Sequence record: SRR20825006_1239
Length of the DNA: 48,114 bases
Reading direction: 5' to 3' (one strand)
Shown: positions 47,893-48,114 of the stretch, in pieces
Position numbering within the stretch: the first letter of the stretch is position 1
Layout: each line of letters opens with the position of its first letter
Position numbers and translations under genes: made by a program
The notes under the pieces: model-generated
Told to the model about the DNA's origin: nothing
Databases searched by the model: none
Seen by the model: the letters and a program-made list of their open reading frames with translations, nothing else

Positions 47893-48114
47893 TGATTCTA
47901 CTCCGTGTAGCGGCGGACCAATGCTTGCAATCGAGACAATGAAGAACTGGTGGTAGGCGACTTGGTAAGCTTGCAGGGTGTGGGCGGTCTCTGTTGATCC
48001 GCACAACCGTGCCATTAGGCCGACCGCTATGACTGACCTGATCCTTTCAATGAACTGGAAATTGCTCACGCCCGTGCGCGTGAACTAACAGGCTGTTGAT
48101 TTATTGAGCCGCAC

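Noticed and set aside
47395-48069. 224-aa minus-strand ORF
   Set aside because: Mostly antisense to the CxxC membrane protein, which has the more protein-like pattern.
1-48114. CRISPR array, prophage, integrase or transposase
   Set aside because: No regularly spaced repeats and no ORF with recombinase, transposase or phage motifs seen.

Overview
A gene-dense window that looks like chromosomal DNA from a planctomycete, very probably Rhodopirellula-like. This is inferred from the DUF1559, DUF1549/DUF1553, DUF1501, DUF1570 and SHD1 families and a sulfatase; no database was searched. The window opens inside a tRNA (3' half, probably tRNA-Met CAT) followed by its terminator. Next come an SGNH hydrolase, a sulfatase, a DUF1570 peptidase-like/SHD1 pair, two exported Gfo/Idh/MocA oxidoreductases, two tandem DUF1559 prepilin-like paralogs with a small lipoprotein, and a single-TM low-complexity protein paired with a degenerate BY-kinase/MinD-type P-loop protein. 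The centre is mostly housekeeping: prs, a short GlmU, flgM, hemL, hemC, glnE, an RpoD-type sigma, aroC, dapL, a histidine kinase, thiL and a GcvH-like gene. The end holds a carbohydrate-esterase/SDR/DUF6807 operon, a DUF1549/1553 + DUF1501 + DMT operon, and hypothetical genes. The most notable items are: (1) a Ser/Thr kinase fused to a whole Hsp70-like module whose ATPase motifs are all degenerate, broken here by one in-frame TGA; (2) other apparent pseudo-enzyme domains (the GlnE N-terminal domain, and a BY-kinase-like protein with Walker A K-to-R and no Tyr cluster); (3) about 80% identical DUF1559 paralogs with a directional charge shift and covarying downstream hairpins; (4) a fusion of LTXXQ/Spy-like repeats to a thioredoxin domain; (5) a helical protein translationally coupled to flgM that resembles WXG100-locus partner proteins; (6) a GTAG-type REP-like palindrome. 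No integrase, transposase, prophage or CRISPR array was seen. Family calls rest on motif recognition by eye, and start codons are best guesses.
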